Positions 58,926 to 64,000 of a DNA stretch of 64,000 bases are shown here, in pieces; within the stretch, counting starts at the first letter, position 1; every line of letters begins with the position of its first letter. The position numbers and the translations under genes are program-made. The notes under the pieces are model-generated. The model did no database searches. It worked only from the letters and a program-made list of their open reading frames with translations, and was not told the origin of the DNA. The stretch lies in the NCBI RefSeq assembly GCF_009914755.1, contig NC_060926.1. One strand, written 5' to 3'. This DNA comes from the human T2T-CHM13v2.0 reference genome, Homo sapiens.

Positions 58926-61900
58926 TCAGAGAGGACACAAAATAGAAGGCAGACTGGGGATGAACAAGAGGCTGGATTAAAGGCAAGAAGACAACTGAGG
59001 ACTCCATTGCGGTAATCCAAGCAAGTGAGGGAAGGAGAGAGAAAGAAGAAGAGCAGAGAGGGAGGGAGAAAGGACAGAGGGGCCTAAGTCAAGGCAGTGG
59101 CAATAGGGGTTAAAAGATACAGAGAAATTGGAAAGGAACCAAAGGGGGAGAATTAAAACAAGTTTCTGATTTCTGAATCAGAGGTTTAACATTCCCTGAA
59201 TCAATAGGGTAACCAGATTGTGGCCTATTCCCAAATAATCCAATTAAGCTTTTAAAACAATGGTTGAGGAAAATACTATAGAGCATTTTCAAAAAAAAAA
59301 AAAAAAAAAAAACAGTAATATCAACTAGACCTGTGCAAAATACACCCACAAGATCTTTAAAGTAGATCCTTTAACATCAGAGCAAAAGTAAGAAAAGTCA
59401 GGCTTGAATCCATACTCTGGCCTTCATGCAGGAGGACTAGGGAGGGTGTCAAGTCAGGCCACCCGGAGTGGGGCTCAGGAATCATCTGCAGTCAGAGATA
59501 AGACTGGAGGCTACTGGAGTGGAAGATCCTGGAACTGTAAGGCTGCTCAGCCAACTTCCAGGACAGAATCTATTGACCAGGTCACATGTTATTTAGTGCT
59601 TCAAGATGAATCAGAAATGATGACACTTGAAGTTGGATTTTCTTTCTCTTCTGTTTCAGGGGATTCCCTTACAACTGTGCTCACATTACAATTCTGCTTA
59701 TCTTATTTTCTGCCCAACTGGTTGCTTTTTTCCCAACTGGTTGCTGTCTCTCTTTGCCTCTAGCTTTCTGCCTCTATTTCTGTCTCTCTACTTCAACCTC
59801 TGAAATCTTACCTTGGTCCCTCCCTCTAAGAGGCATGTAAATGGAACAGGGACTGCAAAGGACTTCTCTTTGTTCTTAGCTCTCCCCTGAGGGCAAGCAC
59901 ATTTTTGCAACACAGGTTAGGCTCTCTTTTGCCTTTCCAGGAATGTGCACATACACGTGCATATACACACACATACACTCACACATTTGTGACTTTCTAT
60001 TTACTTATGTCGCTCTTTAAAGATAAACTTCCGGAAAAGAACAATGCAATCATACTCAAATCTCTAGCACCCAGCACTTGATAACTAGGAGGAACTTAAC
60101 CAATATTTATTGAACGAATGCTTAATAAATGTGTCCTCCAAAAAATTCTAAGATAAGAAAGAATATAAGACAGGCAGGCATTCCTGAAACAAGTACTATA
60201 ATTGAGTGCTAAGTTATAAAAGTGATTATAGGAAGTGCAAACTACAAATCGATGTACCACAAATTGCACATCAGAGTGAACAGGTGTCATCAGGAAGCTC
60301 TGTGTTTAAGTGGCAAAGCACTAACGTAGACAGCCTGCGTCTTTGTATATGAGATATAGCTCTCAAAAAATATGTCAGCTAACTCAAAAATATTTGGCAA
60401 ACTACAGTGCATTTAGAGATTAAGATAGACAAAGTCATCATTCACTATCATTTATCCCTGTTGCTTAAGCTCCGAGAGGGGAGGTAAGAACTATCTGTAA
60501 GTGCAGTTATGCAAGTGGTCAGTGCACATGTGAGCCTCCCTGCAAGGTTCAGACTCCTTACATAAACGGGAATAAACTGCCTCACCTTGTCCAAAAACAT
60601 GCAAGTTTTCTTCAACCATCTTGGTCTAAGGAAAATTTCACAGACATGTTGTAGAGGCTCCCTCACAATCCATTTTCTGAAGATATCAGTTCTTTGACAA
60701 TTTGAGAACATGGCACAAATTGGAAATCGGGCTGATGGATGGAAATGTAAATTTAAAATTTTAATGAGGAATCTTCCTTCTCACCTAAAAAGAGATGGTA
60801 AATATTTCATGTCCTGCTCAGCATGGCTTCAAGTGTCTGGTACCATTAGCAAGATACTCCTCATCTTCTCCAAAAAAAGCTAACACTGGTTTGTGATATT
60901 TCATAATATCAAATGTAGCCCAACTCTTCCACTTCATGCAGTGGACATGCAAATTTCCAGAGTAAAAACCACCACTGAATTATCTCAAGAATGTCTCATT
61001 TTGTTCAACTCTTTGGTCTGGTATTTTTGACTTATTAGAGGAAAGCTCCAATTAAATGAAATATGCAGAGAAGAGAAAAACAATTTGCTGAAATGGACTG
61101 GAAATTAATTAAAATTTTGCATTGAATTTTCAGCCAATGTTTTGGAAATCTATTTTCCTTGTACAGGCCTACTTTGGTCATAGTGACTCTTTTAAGCTCG
61201 GGACGGGCTAGCATTCCTGTAAGGAAGGGGACATAGCAAAAGGCAAGCATGGAAAGAGAAGGAAAACTGAAGCAACTTACAGGAGAATCAACAGAGGGCA
61301 AACCCTGTTCAGGGTTTGCTTGAATTAAGAACAACGTAAATCTCAAAACAGCTACATGAAGAAGGTGGCTTTGCAGAAGAAAAACAAAAGCAGTAGGAGT
61401 GTTAAGTACCAAGTCAGGTCACCTAAAGAATCCTATTCTCCAAGGCAAGAGCAAAGAGCACCTGGGTCCATGTTGGGAGGATGCAAAGTGAACAGCAATC
61501 AAATGTAAACAAGCTTCAGTCAGCTTATTGTTATGCAAGTCAGGATTCAATCCTATACACCGGTATCCTTGAGGGGAACCAAGGATCCATGAAATGAAAG
61601 AAACTCAAGGAAAAGGATCCTGTGCCGTCCACAAGTGTACTGCAAAAAACCTGAAGACCACAGAATTGACTCTAGAAGCAGTTAGCAAAGCGGTTAAGCC
61701 CACAATTCCTGCTGTCTAGCTGGGTGATCTTGGGGAAATTATTTACCCTTTCTAAATATTGGTCACCGAGTTTAACAGAATCCTACTCAGGTACTGTTAG
61801 TCTGACTCTCCCTAAAGACCTTCAAGGTGTTTGATATCTGATGTTGTTCCTAAATGATTTGTAGTTTTAGTCCTTTTTCTCATATATCTTCCTTATCAAA

Positions 61901-62065
61901 AAAAAAAAAGCAATAACTATTACTGAAACTACTGCTTCTGAATGTATATCTACTTACACTATTTTCTGATTGTTTCTGGCAAGAGGAACGAAAGCCAACA
62001 GACACCTGGATATTCAATGAAAAGGCCGGGAGAGGATTTGAAGGGGACCAGACAGGCCTTCAAAA

Positions 62066-63130
62066 AAACGTTTAAAAAAGAACTGCTGTATGATCCAGCA
62101 ATCCTACTTCTGGGCATATATCCAAAACAATTGAAGTTAATGTGTTGAAGAGAAGAGATATCTGAATTCCCATGTTCATTGCAGCATTATTCACAATAGC
62201 AAAGGTATGGAAGCAAGCTAAGTGTCTATCAACAGATAAAGAAAGAAAATGTGGTATATATACACAATGGAATATTATTCTGTTTTTAAATAGAAGGACA
62301 TCATTCTTTTATTTTTATTTTTTTAAATTTTTATTTATTCTTTTTTTTTTCTTTTTTTTTTTTGAGACGGAGTCTCACTCTGTCACCCAGGCTGGAGTGC
62401 AGTGACACAATCTCGGCTCACCGCAAGCTCTGCCTCCTGAGTTCATGCCATTCTCCCGCCTCAGCCTCCAGAGTAGCTGGGACTAGAGGCACCTGCCATC
62501 AGGCCCAGTTAATTTTTATTTTTATTTTTTGTATTTTTAGTAGAGATGGGGTGCACCATGTTAGCCAGGATGGTCTCAATCTCCTGACCTTGTGATCCTC
62601 TCGCCTCGGCCTCCCAAAGTGCTGGGATTACAGGCGTGAGCCACCTCACCCAGCCAATAGAAGGAAATTCTATCATTTATGAAAACATGAATGAACCTGG
62701 AGGACATTATGCTAAGTGAAATAAGCCAGGGAAAGAAACACAAGTATGACATGTTCTCACTTATATGTGGAATCTAAAAAATTCAAACATATGGAAGCAG
62801 AGAGAGTAGAGTGGTAATTACCAGAGGCTGAGGGGTAGGAGGTGGATAGGGAAATGTAGGTTATAAGGTACATAGTTTCAGTTAGACAGAAGAAATAAGT
62901 CTGTGAGACCTATTGCATAGCAGAGTGACTACAATTAATAATGTATAGTATATTTCAAAATTGCTAAGAGCAGATTTCAAATATCTAACCACAAAAAATA
63001 ATAAGTGAGATGATGGATATGTTAACTAGCTTGATTTAATCATTCCACATTGTATTCTTACATCCAAACATCACATTGTACCCCAGACATATTTACAATC
63101 ATTACCTGTCAATTAAAAATAGTATTAATT
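62066..63130 (+). mobile_element. L1MA 3' end interrupted by an Alu
   Basis: TATGATCCAGCAATCCTACTTCTGGG...GATGGATATGTTAACTAGCTTGATTTAATC. Confidence 0.85.
62307..62655 (-). mobile_element. AluY-like
   Basis: GCAAGCTCTGCCTCC...CATGCCATTCTCC and GTTAGCCAGGATGGTCTC; TSD core AATAGAAGGA on both sides. Confidence 0.9.
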
Positions 63131-64000
63131 CTAAAAGAAAGCAAATCAATTAAAAAGAAAAGAAAGCAAACCAGGGCAAAGCCTGTCTCCATTCTGTAAC
63201 CTCCTTCCACCTCCCTCTAGCTGGCACCCCATCCCCTTCCAGATGTCCAGTACTTTCCTCCTACCTCACTTCTTTCTACCTACCTCACCTCAGGGAAACT
63301 AGGAAAATACCTCACAAAGGTCACTTTCAGCAGAGTGTGCAAGTCCAGGGCTTCTTTCACATCGGAATTGTGTGCTAAGCTTTATCTCTGATGAGCAATA
63401 AAAGGCCCTCTGTCCATTCAAGGGATTTTAAGTACAGAGGAAATGAAATAGAAGATTACAAGTGCCACATAAGTAAGTCACAGTCAATAATCAAAGATTG
63501 CTCTGCCTACAGCTAAAGCTGGCCTCAACTCAAGCTATGGAAAATAATTCAGTCTCCTTTTAATTAACCATTATCACTCACAGCCTAAAAATTATCACTC
63601 AGAGCATGAGATATTATTATAAACAGAAATGGAGACTATGTACTAATTCTATGTCACAGCCTGAAAGCTCCTTTTTTGGGAAAACCATGATATTAAGCTG
63701 TAATATCCTCGTTTGATCTGTTCTCCTCAAGTTGAAGCAACACAATTCTAACTGACTGAGGAATGCAGTAAAATGGTGCTTTCTCTAGTTTCAGCTCCTT
63801 CCTGTGATCCGAAGCTATAGAGGTCTCCACCTATTTTTTATTTACAAAACTCATTAACCAACAAACCAAACATGGTCTCCCATCCAGCTGACCTGAAAAC
63901 CCTCCTGATTTCAACTTGATAAGAAACATTGAATTAATTAAATCTAAGCACGGGTTGTCCTGAACTGAGACAATGGCTCCCTCTGTGAGAACTGCAAACA

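Noticed and set aside
60580-60680. Possible minus-strand exon (AAG|GTGAGG donor)
   Set aside because: Weak acceptor and no recognisable peptide

Overview
This is repeat-rich, gene-poor hominoid (human or great-ape-like) genomic DNA, probably intergenic or deep intronic. I could not recognise any cellular protein-coding gene, tRNA, rRNA or CRISPR array. The only real long ORFs are the broken ORF1/ORF2 and an intact antisense ORF0 of a full-length young LINE-1 (L1PA2/late L1PA3 type, ~33139-38848). The most notable feature is that the L1's 13-bp target-site duplication (AGAAGCATATGGG) closes ~730 bp past its own poly(A), at 39581-39593. The insertion therefore appears to carry a 3' transduction of an older L1PA15/16-like 3' end from its source locus. 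It sits in an ERV1 solo LTR, which itself sits in a hAT element, and it has an in-frame ~315-nt ORF2 deletion. A second unusual locus (55023-55487) is a complex templated insertion with fold-back inverted repeats, a copy of sequence 1.5 kb upstream and a perfectly homogeneous 30-bp hairpin-forming minisatellite. The rest is a layered fossil record: MaLR LTRs and a two-LTR MST provirus, ERV1/ERVL LTRs, Alus, old L1M, L2, MIR and DNA transposons. I found no evidence of a new biological system. Subfamily names come from my recollection of consensus sequences and need RepeatMasker/Dfam confirmation.
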